Below, one piece after another: positions 1-8,343 of a stretch of DNA of 64,000 nt (positions are counted from its first letter, which is position 1; the number at the start of each line of letters is the position of its first letter). A model generated the notes under the pieces. It was not told where the DNA came from, did no database searches, and was given only the letters and a program-made list of their open reading frames with translations. Position numbers and translations under genes: made by a program. Source of the DNA: Acidobacteriota bacterium (lineage in GTDB: Bacteria > Acidobacteriota > Thermoanaerobaculia > Multivoradales > J023); contig JAJCXR010000055.1 in the NCBI GenBank assembly GCA_029263315.1, positions 124,195-188,194 of the forward strand, written 5' to 3'.

Positions 1-593
1 ACGTCCCCGATACGGCCGGACGTGGCCATGCCTACTTCAAGCGCTACTTCTTCCCGCAGGTCCACAAGGATGCGGTGATCGTCGACGAGCGCTACAACGG
101 CGGCGGGCAGATTGCCGACTACTACATCGACATCCTGCGCCGGCCGTCGATCGCCCACTGGACGACCCGCTACGGTCAGGATTTGCATACCCCGCTGGGG
201 GCCATTTACGGCCCCAAGGTGATGATCATCGACGAGACCGCCGGTTCCGGTGGTGACCTCCTGCCTTGGATGTTCAACAAGCTCGAGATCGGTCCGCTGG
301 TCGGCAAACGGACGTGGGGTGGTTTGGTGGGTATCCTCGGTTTCCCGGTGCTGATGGACGGCGGCGGTGTGACCGCCCCCAACATCGCCATCTGGACGAA
401 GGACGGCTTTGTCGTCGAGTCCGTTGGCGTGCCGCCGGATGTAGAAGTCGAGCAGACGCCCAAGGAGGTTATCGCCGGGCATGATCCACAGCTGGAGAAG
501 GCCATCGAGCTGGCCTTGGAAGCCCTGGAAGCCAATCCGCCGGAGACGCCGGAACGGCCGCCCTTCCCGGTGCGTGCGATGCAGCATCGGTGA
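1..593 (+). CDS. Tricorn / tail-specific (S41) protease-like protein, C-terminal fragment; 5' end outside window
   Basis: The frame is open from the window edge (frame 3). Motifs IDETAGSGGD and KRTWGGLVGI are typical of the S41 / tricorn C-terminal catalytic region. Stop at 591-593. Confidence 0.55.
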   Translation, partial: VPDTAGRGHAYFKRYFFPQVHKDAVIVDERYNGGGQIADYYIDILRRPSIAHWTTRYGQDLHTPLGAIYGPKVMIIDETAGSGGDLLPWMFNKLEIGPLVGKRTWGGLVGILGFPVLMDGGGVTAPNIAIWTKDGFVVESVGVPPDVEVEQTPKEVIAGHDPQLEKAIELALEALEANPPETPERPPFPVRAMQHR

Positions 594-605
594 GCCGTCA
601 GGGCC

Positions 606-3600
606 TCAGCCGCCCGAGCGAAAGGTGAAACGTTTCACCCGCGGGGCCCAGCGCTGCAAATCGTGCAGGGTCCGGTCTTGCCCTGCGAAATTGCAGTAGG
701 TATCGAAGGCCAGATGGACGGCGTCGGCCTCTGCTTTGGGGGCTCTCTGCAAACGACGATACCTGCGTAGGGCATCGCGCCAGGTGCCGGCGTCGGCGTC
801 GGCATCTTGCTGTTCCAATAAACGATAGAGGGCGGCGGCGAGGCTGGGGGCGCCGGTGGTCAGGGCGAGCAAGGTCATGGCGGCACGGTAGCTGCCGTCA
901 CGGCCATCATCGCGCACAAAGCGCAAGGCTTCACCCGGAGTGCAGCTCGCTTTGAGGATGCGGTACACATTGACGAAGCGCTTGAGACGGCGCGGTGAAC
1001 GCCCCACGGCACCGGCCAAGGCCTCCATGTAGAGGATCTCGCCGTCTTCCATGTGCAGGGCTTGGGCGGCGGCGACGGTGTTTGGCACGCCGGAGAGAAG
1101 TTGTGAAAGCGGCTCTTCGGAACCTGGAGGGGGCGCCTCGGACGTCGGATCGGTGCGGTCGGATTCTGGCCCCGAGGACGGCTCTGCGTTTTTGGCAAGC
1201 GCTTCATCCTGTGCTTCGACCGACTGCGAGTTGCCAACCGACTGCGACCCGTCGCAAGGCCGGGCGCCCTCTTCAGCCACCGGGTCGATGGCGGGCTGGG
1301 AGGCGTCGGTGGGGAGTGTGCCGTGTGTCACTTGCGATGCGCCGGCCGTCCCGAGGTCTTGCCTTGCCGTGCTGTCCTCGGCCGGGGGATCGAGGTTTGG
1401 CTCTAGTGTTGTCAGGGCGCGGATCAGGTTGCGGCTGGCCTGTTGCCCCATGGGGGGCAGCCAGAAGGGGATCTGGAAAATCTTCTCCAAGTAGTCGTGG
1501 GGCGTGGCCCGACGCTGGAATAACAGGGGGGCTTCGTCCTCAGACGGTTCGGCAGCCTTTGTTCCCCCTGCCCGCAAGTGCTGCGGATACCGATCGGCCA
1601 AAGACTGGGCCACCCAACGCACGTCGACACCCACAACCACCACGAAGAGATCAAAAGCCAGCAGCAGGTGGATGGCCTCCAGCACTTGCACCACGGTGGC
1701 GCTGGGACAGCGATCGAGATCGTCGATGTAGAGGACGATGCGGTCCACGTGGTGCTCGGCGTTGTCGAGCTGATCCTCGGACGCCCTCCGACGCGCCTCT
1801 TTGTGCCGCAGGAGAAGATCGCTCAGGGTGCGAAAATCGTTGTGGACGGCGGAGATGACCCCTAAGTGTTGGCTGTAGGTATTGTCCCCCAGGCGTTGCC
1901 GTAGGAAGCGGCTGAAGCTCGCGGGGGTGCGGAGAGCTTCGAGCTCCCGCAGGGCAGCGTCCCGCTCCGCCTCCAGCTGGGCCACTTGGCGCTGGGCCTC
2001 CTGGACATTCTCTTGATGGATTCGGAGCTTTTGCCGGAGCTCGTCATCAAGGCGGCGATGGTGGGTCTGCAGCCAGTCGCGCAGCGCCGTGAGTTGGCGC
2101 CAAGTTCGCCGTGCGATGTCGGCGATGGGGGCGAAAAAGGCCACCAAGACGGTCAACCCCGCAGCGATTTGGTGCCCCCGCTGTTGCCACCAATTGCTGT
2201 CGAACCACGAGGCCAGATCGACCTGGCTTAGAAGCGCCAGAACGATGAGGACCAGGGCGGCGGCCAGCAGCGGGCGTTTGGGATGGCGCCAGAGCTCGGC
2301 GATGATGGCGCGGATGCCGCTACGGGCCCTCTCGATACCGCTCAGCTGACGGTAGGCCAAGCGAGCGGTGTTGAGGGTTTCTTTCAAGCCAACAGCTTCT
2401 TGCAGGGTTTCGAGACTGCGTCGCACCTCGGAGGGAACCAGCTCCGGAGGCAAGGACTGCCAGAACTCGACACGCCAGATTTCCTCACCCCCCAGGAGTT
2501 GCTTTTCCTTGTCCGCCTCAGCCTGCTGCAAGGCCGCTTGGGCCGCCGCCAGACGCGCTTCTGCCTCTTGCTGTGCGATGCCGATGAGCTCCAGCTTCTG
2601 TAGCTTGGCCTGCGCCTTGGCTTCCCCGAGGGGCCTGTAGAGGCTGCGCAGGATGTGGTCCACCAGGCTGGCCCAGATCTGGGACTCGGCATAGTGCCAG
2701 GCATTGAAATCGATCTGGATGATGCTGCGGCAGAAAACCCGTTGGCCTTGAGCGTCACGGGTTGTATTGCCCTTGAGATCATGGATGGCGTCGTTGAGCA
2801 GGTGCATGAAGAAGCTCTTGCCCGAGCCCCATTCACCGAAGATGCCGATCGACAAAGGTTGTGGTGTTTCCCAGGCGGCCACCACCGCCGCCAGGGCCCG
2901 GGCATAGGGTTCGACAAAAAGTCGATCGGCCCCCTTCGGGCGGTCCGCGGCAAAACGGCTGACGAGATGTGGGCGGGGGCCCACCAGGGCCTGTTGCCAG
3001 ACGTTTTGGTTATCGCCGGGCCACTGCTGTTGCAGATGATCGAAGAGGTGATGGCGTAGGTATTCGAGGGAGTGGCCGGCCCGGTGCAAGCGTCGATGGG
3101 CATAGGCCGGTCTCAGATTGTCTGGCCCGTTGCTGAACAGCGACGCCAGCAAGTGGCGTGTACCGAGGGGTCCCCCGTGGCTCGACCTGGCCAGACGCTC
3201 AGCCCGTCGCAGAATGGTGGCGGCATTGAGGGTGAGGGTGGGCAGGTCGGTTTGGTGATCGAAGGGGAGGGTGAGATCGAGCTCGTCGCCCTGACGCCAT
3301 TGAGCGAGCAGGGAGGTCAGATCTTTCTCGATCTGGTGGCGAAAGGGCCGTTGCAGGCAGCGCCTGAAGAAGGCGACATCGGCATCCGTCGACAGTAGCG
3401 AGTGTGGGTCCGCCAAGGCGAGCAGCAGGGCCGAAGAGCTGAGACGCCGAGCTTTGCCCTCCTTGGAGGGTTTGCGACGACGGGTGTAGTCCACGGCGAT
3501 GTGTAGGGCAGCCCGGGCGTGGGAGTCGAGGGCCAGCCGTCGCAGCAAGCCGTCGTTCTCGGTGGAGTCTGTTGTGTCTTCGTCGGCGGAGTCTGTTGTA

Positions 3601-4658
3601 TCGGGGGAGGCGTCGTCGTCGAGCTCCGCATCGCGATCACCTTCGCCGGGGTCCGGGTCTGGCTGCGCGGCGTGTTCGATCAGAAAGAGGGGCGTCTCCG
3701 GCTCTTGGAGCCACAGGACTGGGCTTCCCCAGGCCGGCCCCGGATGCTCGGCAGCGACGCTTCTTCGAGCCTTGGCAACAGCCGCCTCGGGGGAGTCGCC
3801 TTGTCGTAATTGACGATAGAAGACACGGCTGAAATGGCGGGAGATCGCCCTGTCGATGGCTAGCTCGAATCCCACCGCGGCGGCCGAACCGAAGGCAAGG
3901 GCTTGGCGGGCCAAGAGGTGGCCACCATGCTCGCCAGACGTGTCTTCGATGAATACGAGCCGTGGCACAGGGCTGAGAGACTTTTGGTAGAGATCTTCGA
4001 GGCGCAGCCTCTTCTTGCCTAAATCGAGGGAAATGTGGCCTAGCTCATTGGTCAGGAGATTGGCCGAGAGGTGCAAGATTTCTACTGGTTTGTTGGCTAA
4101 ATCAAGCGAGTTGATATCGCGACCGGTGAAAAGCAGCACCTCTGCATTTGGTGATGCTTCGAGACGAATACTTTCTTCAGATTGATTAGAGCTGATGGGA
4201 GGGCTGATCCACAGAATTCGGCGCAAGGGACGGGGTGGGGAGCCTGCCATGGGTGGCTCGACGAGGCGCGACAGGGTGACGTTTCCCAGCAAGAGGTAGG
4301 CGGAGGTTTCGGCCTCGAAAAGGTACTCCCAAGGCAATTCCAGCCAAGCTCGAGATGCCTCGTCGGCGCTGAGACGCAGGGCCAAGGTCGTCTGGCGGCT
4401 GGAGGACTGGTCCAAGCTCCGCAGGAAAAGCTGCCGGGCTCGGCTTTGGGGGAACAGCGTATCGAAAAGCCGTAGCCCAGCGAGCTCGAGGGAGGTGCCT
4501 CCATCTTCTGGAAAAAGCTCAAAGGCTTGCTCGAGCTGTTCGACCAACCCATTGCGGAGATGGGCTCTTGACGAATGATAGGTCTCGTCGGCGGCGGTAT
4601 AAATCCACCCCTTTTCGGCGAAGCGAACCGACAGCACCGTGGGCGTTGAGGTCAGCAC
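606..4658 (-). CDS. KAP-family P-loop NTPase (1350 aa) with an N-terminal CHAT-like domain and a C-terminal extension
   Basis: KAP-type Walker A SIGIFGEWGSGKSFFMHLL (about nt 2818-2870), FNAWHY motif, Walker B IVLYIDDLDRC. Predicted TM helices are inserted inside the NTPase core (LLAAALVLIVLALL..., LTVLVAFFAPIA), which is the KAP hallmark. The N-terminal ~300 aa show CHAT landmarks: LPWEYLF (about nt 4322-4345), ILHLSAN..GH, and AVGFELAIDRAISRHFSRVFYRQL. The expected catalytic Cys position reads VFIEDTSGE (no Cys). Confidence 0.8.
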   Translation of the reverse strand: MLTSTPTVLSVRFAEKGWIYTAADETYHSSRAHLRNGLVEQLEQAFELFPEDGGTSLELAGLRLFDTLFPQSRARQLFLRSLDQSSSRQTTLALRLSADEASRAWLELPWEYLFEAETSAYLLLGNVTLSRLVEPPMAGSPPRPLRRILWISPPISSNQSEESIRLEASPNAEVLLFTGRDINSLDLANKPVEILHLSANLLTNELGHISLDLGKKRLRLEDLYQKSLSPVPRLVFIEDTSGEHGGHLLARQALAFGSAAAVGFELAIDRAISRHFSRVFYRQLRQGDSPEAAVAKARRSVAAEHPGPAWGSPVLWLQEPETPLFLIEHAAQPDPDPGEGDRDAELDDDASPDTTDSADEDTTDSTENDGLLRRLALDSHARAALHIAVDYTRRRKPSKEGKARRLSSSALLLALADPHSLLSTDADVAFFRRCLQRPFRHQIEKDLTSLLAQWRQGDELDLTLPFDHQTDLPTLTLNAATILRRAERLARSSHGGPLGTRHLLASLFSNGPDNLRPAYAHRRLHRAGHSLEYLRHHLFDHLQQQWPGDNQNVWQQALVGPRPHLVSRFAADRPKGADRLFVEPYARALAAVVAAWETPQPLSIGIFGEWGSGKSFFMHLLNDAIHDLKGNTTRDAQGQRVFCRSIIQIDFNAWHYAESQIWASLVDHILRSLYRPLGEAKAQAKLQKLELIGIAQQEAEARLAAAQAALQQAEADKEKQLLGGEEIWRVEFWQSLPPELVPSEVRRSLETLQEAVGLKETLNTARLAYRQLSGIERARSGIRAIIAELWRHPKRPLLAAALVLIVLALLSQVDLASWFDSNWWQQRGHQIAAGLTVLVAFFAPIADIARRTWRQLTALRDWLQTHHRRLDDELRQKLRIHQENVQEAQRQVAQLEAERDAALRELEALRTPASFSRFLRQRLGDNTYSQHLGVISAVHNDFRTLSDLLLRHKEARRRASEDQLDNAEHHVDRIVLYIDDLDRCPSATVVQVLEAIHLLLAFDLFVVVVGVDVRWVAQSLADRYPQHLRAGGTKAAEPSEDEAPLLFQRRATPHDYLEKIFQIPFWLPPMGQQASRNLIRALTTLEPNLDPPAEDSTARQDLGTAGASQVTHGTLPTDASQPAIDPVAEEGARPCDGSQSVGNSQSVEAQDEALAKNAEPSSGPESDRTDPTSEAPPPGSEEPLSQLLSGVPNTVAAAQALHMEDGEILYMEALAGAVGRSPRRLKRFVNVYRILKASCTPGEALRFVRDDGRDGSYRAAMTLLALTTGAPSLAAALYRLLEQQDADADAGTWRDALRRYRRLQRAPKAEADAVHLAFDTYCNFAGQDRTLHDLQRWAPRVKRFTFRSGG

Positions 4659-4840
4659 GGAACCGACGTCTCCAAGGGACCCGAGGCCGTCGGGTAGATC
4701 GATTCCAGGATCTGCGGCGACGACGGTCTGGGCATCAGGGCCTCACGTTCTTGGGCGTTGCGATACAAGTGCGATAGGACGCCATTGTAGCGGGCCCCTT
4801 CGAGGGCTCACAAGCCGGTGACGGAGGCCTGAAAAACGAA

Positions 4841-4874
4841 ACCCCCGGCACGGCGAGGCCGCAACCGGGGGTTT
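4841..4874. terminator. Bidirectional intrinsic terminator-like hairpin between the 303-aa secreted-protein gene and the KAP NTPase gene
   Basis: Stem CCCCCGG (4841-4847) pairs with CCGGGGG (4864-4870). The + strand follows with TTTT; the - strand follows with TTTCGTTTTT (complement of 4831-4840). Confidence 0.5.
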
Positions 4875-4899
4875 TGAAAGCGATGGATGGGGACTGGGT

Positions 4900-5811
4900 T
4901 CAGGGCTCGGTCGGCGACGCCGCCGTCAGCTCCGGTGAATCGAAGGCGAGGATACCACCGCCAATGACCGCTGTCGCGGCGGTGGGGATGAGCACTGCCG
5001 GCTTGCCCCACCAAGCGATGACGCAGGCTCGACAGCGCTCGTCACCGCGCTTGATCATGTTGGGGTTGATTCGGGCGATGATGCCGTCGCACAACCAGTG
5101 GAAGACCTCTTCGCCCCGTTGCCAGTGGGCCGTCTCGCCCACCGTCAAGTTCTCGGCCTCACCGAGCTGCTGCGGCGTCAGGTCAGGACGGCAGTTCTCC
5201 ACCACTTCGATCACCTTGGTCTTCGATTTGGCGATCAGGCGTCCCGTCGGATCGTGCACCGAAGTGTAAAACTCGGCGGGCTCGTTCTCCAACTGCTCGA
5301 GCCATTCTTGGAAGGTCTCGTTGTCCATGGTGGCCAGCCAGTCGCGGGAGACTTGCTTCCCCAGGCTGGCGCGCTCGCGGATCAGGTCGTCGTCGAGCTC
5401 GTTGTTGGGGTCGCGGTCGTCGGAGGCTTGCTTCTCCCTCCACCACAAAGCCCATTCGTAGTCGTCTTCCCTGTCCCGGCGACGCTCCTCGAGATCATGG
5501 CGGTCCAGGACCTGGTCTTCTGCTTTGGGGAAAACGCCCCAGTAGCGGTCTGACCCGGCCGGGCGCATTTGGACGTAGTACATATCCTCGACGACATCGT
5601 TGAGACGCCGGAAGTTGAGGCGAACCGTGGTGTCCGGGATGTTGTTTTCAACCCGAGCCCAGCCGACGCCATTACCCTCTTCAATGGGTAGGCAGGCAAC
5701 GTCTTCGGCATAAACCCGAAGCGGTTCCTCGGCTAGTGCTGGAAAGGTCAGCAGTGCGAACAGGGCCACCACCGACAAAAAGGGGCCCTGCAGGCTTCGA
5801 GCACGGCGCAT
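4900..5811 (-). CDS. Hypothetical secreted protein (303 aa), acidic, with a hydrophobic C-terminal segment
   Basis: N-terminal signal peptide MRRARSLQGPFLSVVALFALLTFPALA. No recognisable catalytic motifs. Sits directly upstream of the KAP NTPase gene on the same strand. Confidence 0.5.
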   Translation of the reverse strand: MRRARSLQGPFLSVVALFALLTFPALAEEPLRVYAEDVACLPIEEGNGVGWARVENNIPDTTVRLNFRRLNDVVEDMYYVQMRPAGSDRYWGVFPKAEDQVLDRHDLEERRRDREDDYEWALWWREKQASDDRDPNNELDDDLIRERASLGKQVSRDWLATMDNETFQEWLEQLENEPAEFYTSVHDPTGRLIAKSKTKVIEVVENCRPDLTPQQLGEAENLTVGETAHWQRGEEVFHWLCDGIIARINPNMIKRGDERCRACVIAWWGKPAVLIPTAATAVIGGGILAFDSPELTAASPTEP

Positions 5812-6243
5812 TCTCTTCTCCTCGCTTCAAAAGACCTATCGTTTGTTCTGGTCCCAGGAAAGTGCGTGCGAGGTCGCCGGGGGCGACAGCGGACGTACCT
5901 TCAACGGACGGCACGCTCAAAGAACGAGCGGCAAACGAAACGTTGAAGCAAGATTTGTACCAATGCGGTTATATTGCCGGGGCCCTTGTAAGTTGATTGT
6001 TTTCAGTCATTAGGGGGTGTCGAATGGGGATAGGGAGATTCTGTAGCCATGCCGAGGGGGTGGAATTCCCAGGCCGGGGGGCAGATTGCCCCGGTGCCGT
6101 TCGGCGGCACATGGCAGCCGTGGAGGGATAGGGCTCGGTGTCACGCCGGAAATTTTGACCCGCCTCATTTGAGGGCCAGCGCTTCGCTTCAGGCGTCGGC
6201 GGACAGCGCTTGGAGAGGAGCTACGGTATAAGATGGTCCGACT

Positions 6244-7041
6244 ATGAAAGCGATCGCGGTATACAACATCAAGGGTGGCGTCGGAAAAACCGCCAGCGCC
6301 GTCAACCTATCGTACATGGCGGCGCGCTCAGGCTGTCGAACCTTGGTTTGGGACCTCGATCCACAGGGGGCGGCATCGTTCTATTTCCGCATCAAACCGA
6401 AGCTCAAGGGGGGAAGAAAGAAGCTCCTCTCGGAAAAAAGGGGCGGCCTCGGTGAGCATATCCGTGGCAGTGATTTTGACCTCCTGGATGTGGTGCCGGC
6501 GGACTTTTCTTTTCGCCACCTGGACCGGGCCCTCGACGCCAGCAAGAAACCGGAGGAGCGTCTGAAGCGGTTGCTGGAGCCCTTGGCCGACGACTACGAC
6601 ATCGTCATCCTCGATTGTGCGCCCAGCATTTCAGTCACCTCGGAAAGTATCTTCAACGCCTCGGATGCTCTTTTGGTGCCGACCATCCCCACGCCCTTGT
6701 CGATGCGCACCTTGGAGCAATTGGACGCCCACCTAAGCAGAAAAGGGCCGAAGTCGCTGCGCGTCCTGCCTTTCATGTGCATGGTGGATCGGCGCAAGAA
6801 GCTGCACCGCATGGCCAAGGAAATGGCGACGGCCAGTGCCGCTGAATTTGACCATTGTGAGCCTTTCTTGCAGGCCGAGATCCCCTACTCCAGCCAAGTG
6901 GAGCGCATGGGCTTGGAGCGCACGCCGGTGACTGTTTTCTCACCCCGCAGCGCTGCCAGCCGAGCTTACGCCGCCCTCTGGCACGAGGTGGTGGCCCGTT
7001 TGGGTGGGGCGGGGGAGTCGTGCCGTGGGGCGAAGGCTTGA
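6244..7041 (+). CDS. ParA/MinD-family P-loop ATPase (orphan; no parB or parS seen)
   Basis: MKAIAVYNIKGGVGKTASAVNLS is the deviant Walker A KGGxGKT. 265 aa, typical ParA/Soj length. Confidence 0.8.
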   Translation: MKAIAVYNIKGGVGKTASAVNLSYMAARSGCRTLVWDLDPQGAASFYFRIKPKLKGGRKKLLSEKRGGLGEHIRGSDFDLLDVVPADFSFRHLDRALDASKKPEERLKRLLEPLADDYDIVILDCAPSISVTSESIFNASDALLVPTIPTPLSMRTLEQLDAHLSRKGPKSLRVLPFMCMVDRRKKLHRMAKEMATASAAEFDHCEPFLQAEIPYSSQVERMGLERTPVTVFSPRSAASRAYAALWHEVVARLGGAGESCRGAKA

Positions 7042-7066
7042 GGCGATTTCTGCCCTCCAACCGGAG

Positions 7067-8059
7067 CTACGGCTTGACTTGAAAGCGCCGCGGGGCGCCC
7101 TGCTCGGCACCGTCGTAGACCACCAGGATCTCCCAGCCGCCGGCCAGTCCGTGGTCCCGTAGCAGCGTCATGCCTTCCGGTTTGGCGCCGTCTTCGGCCC
7201 CTAGGGTGCCGAGACCCTGCAGCAGGCAAGTGGAGGCGCCGTCGTTGGGCAAGCAGTCCCGGCCATCCCAAAAGTACAGCTCGAACGATATCTCGGCGCC
7301 CCCCACGGCGCCGCCGATGACGAGAAACCCACCGTCGACGGCGGCCAGTGAGCGAATGCCGCGGCCGTCGAGCTGCAACCAGCGCAAGGTGTGTTGCGAC
7401 GGGGCATCGAAACGGGTGACCATGACCGGCACCCAATTGCCGCGCAAGACCGGACCACGAAAACCGATGAAGAGGTTGCCGTCACGCACGGCGAGCCCTT
7501 CGATGTCGATGCCGTTTTCTTTGCTCGGCTGCGTCTCGAAGCGGGAAAGGAAAGGGTCGTGGTGCAGGCGTCGCCGAAGATCTTGCCGCTCGATGTCGCC
7601 CGTCGGCCGCCCATTCGACGGGTCGAGTGTCAGGCGGAAGAGACCGTCGCGGCTCTCTTGGCAAGTCACGGTACGCAGCCGTTTGAGATTCTCGTCGCGA
7701 TCATGTTTTTGCTTGACGCTTCGACGGTTGCAAGCATGGGAGCCGATGACGTAGAGCATGAGCCCATCGCGGGCCATGGCTTCCACGTCGATCTCATCGC
7801 CGTCATCGCTGCGCAAGGGCAGGATGTCGCCGACTCGGCAAGGCCCCGGGTCGCAGTCCACGAGCAGCTGCAAGTGGCGTCCTTCGTCGACTCCGACGAC
7901 GTAAGCTCCGGCCCCGAGGGTCTCGACGGCGCTGACGTCCTCATGGTGTTTGAAGGTGCCGCTGAGGTCGAGCTCGCCGGACGGTTTGACCTCGGCGGTG
8001 ATCGGCGAGACCAAGGACAGTGTGAGGCACGTGGTGATCAAGAGTCGATAGGTCAACAT
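7067..8059 (-). CDS. Secreted beta-rich protein, DUF3616-like (start re-assigned to internal Met)
   Basis: The ORF is open to 8197, but a signal peptide begins at MLTYRLLITTCLTLSLVSPITA (ATG complement at 8057-8059). Motifs such as IEGLAVRDGNLFIGFRGPVLRG and GGAVGGAEISFELYFWDG resemble DUF3616 family members. Confidence 0.45.
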   Translation of the reverse strand: MLTYRLLITTCLTLSLVSPITAEVKPSGELDLSGTFKHHEDVSAVETLGAGAYVVGVDEGRHLQLLVDCDPGPCRVGDILPLRSDDGDEIDVEAMARDGLMLYVIGSHACNRRSVKQKHDRDENLKRLRTVTCQESRDGLFRLTLDPSNGRPTGDIERQDLRRRLHHDPFLSRFETQPSKENGIDIEGLAVRDGNLFIGFRGPVLRGNWVPVMVTRFDAPSQHTLRWLQLDGRGIRSLAAVDGGFLVIGGAVGGAEISFELYFWDGRDCLPNDGASTCLLQGLGTLGAEDGAKPEGMTLLRDHGLAGGWEILVVYDGAEQGAPRRFQVKP

Positions 8060-8343
8060 GGCGGACCCTCCAAAGATCGCACGGGCTGTCTGAGGTGACG
8101 ACGGGCAGCCGGCATTGCAGGGGGACAAGTACTGCAGGCAGACAAGTATTGCAGGCAGAGAGCGTTCCTGGGGTTGAGGGTCCATCGTATACTGCAAGCG
8201 ACTACCTACTTCAGCGCCATGCCGGCCGTCGATCTTCCATCATGAGGACTACTACCATGCTCAGAAGGCCCACCGATACCATGCTCAGAAGGCTCACCAA
8301 CCATGCCACCTCGATACTCTCGACCCTCGACCGGCCGTTTCCC

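Noticed and set aside
995-4552. Multiple 60-290-aa ORFs on both strands inside the KAP NTPase gene (e.g. 995-1858 +, 2384-3103 -, 4097-4552 -)
   Set aside because: All are nested in or antisense to a gene with strong motif support and have R/P/A-biased composition.
8095-8343. Annotating the S9 peptidase from the first ATG of the open frame (8095)
   Set aside because: The first 83 codons contain the 24-bp tandem duplication and no signal peptide. The signal peptide begins at the Met at 8344, the more plausible start.
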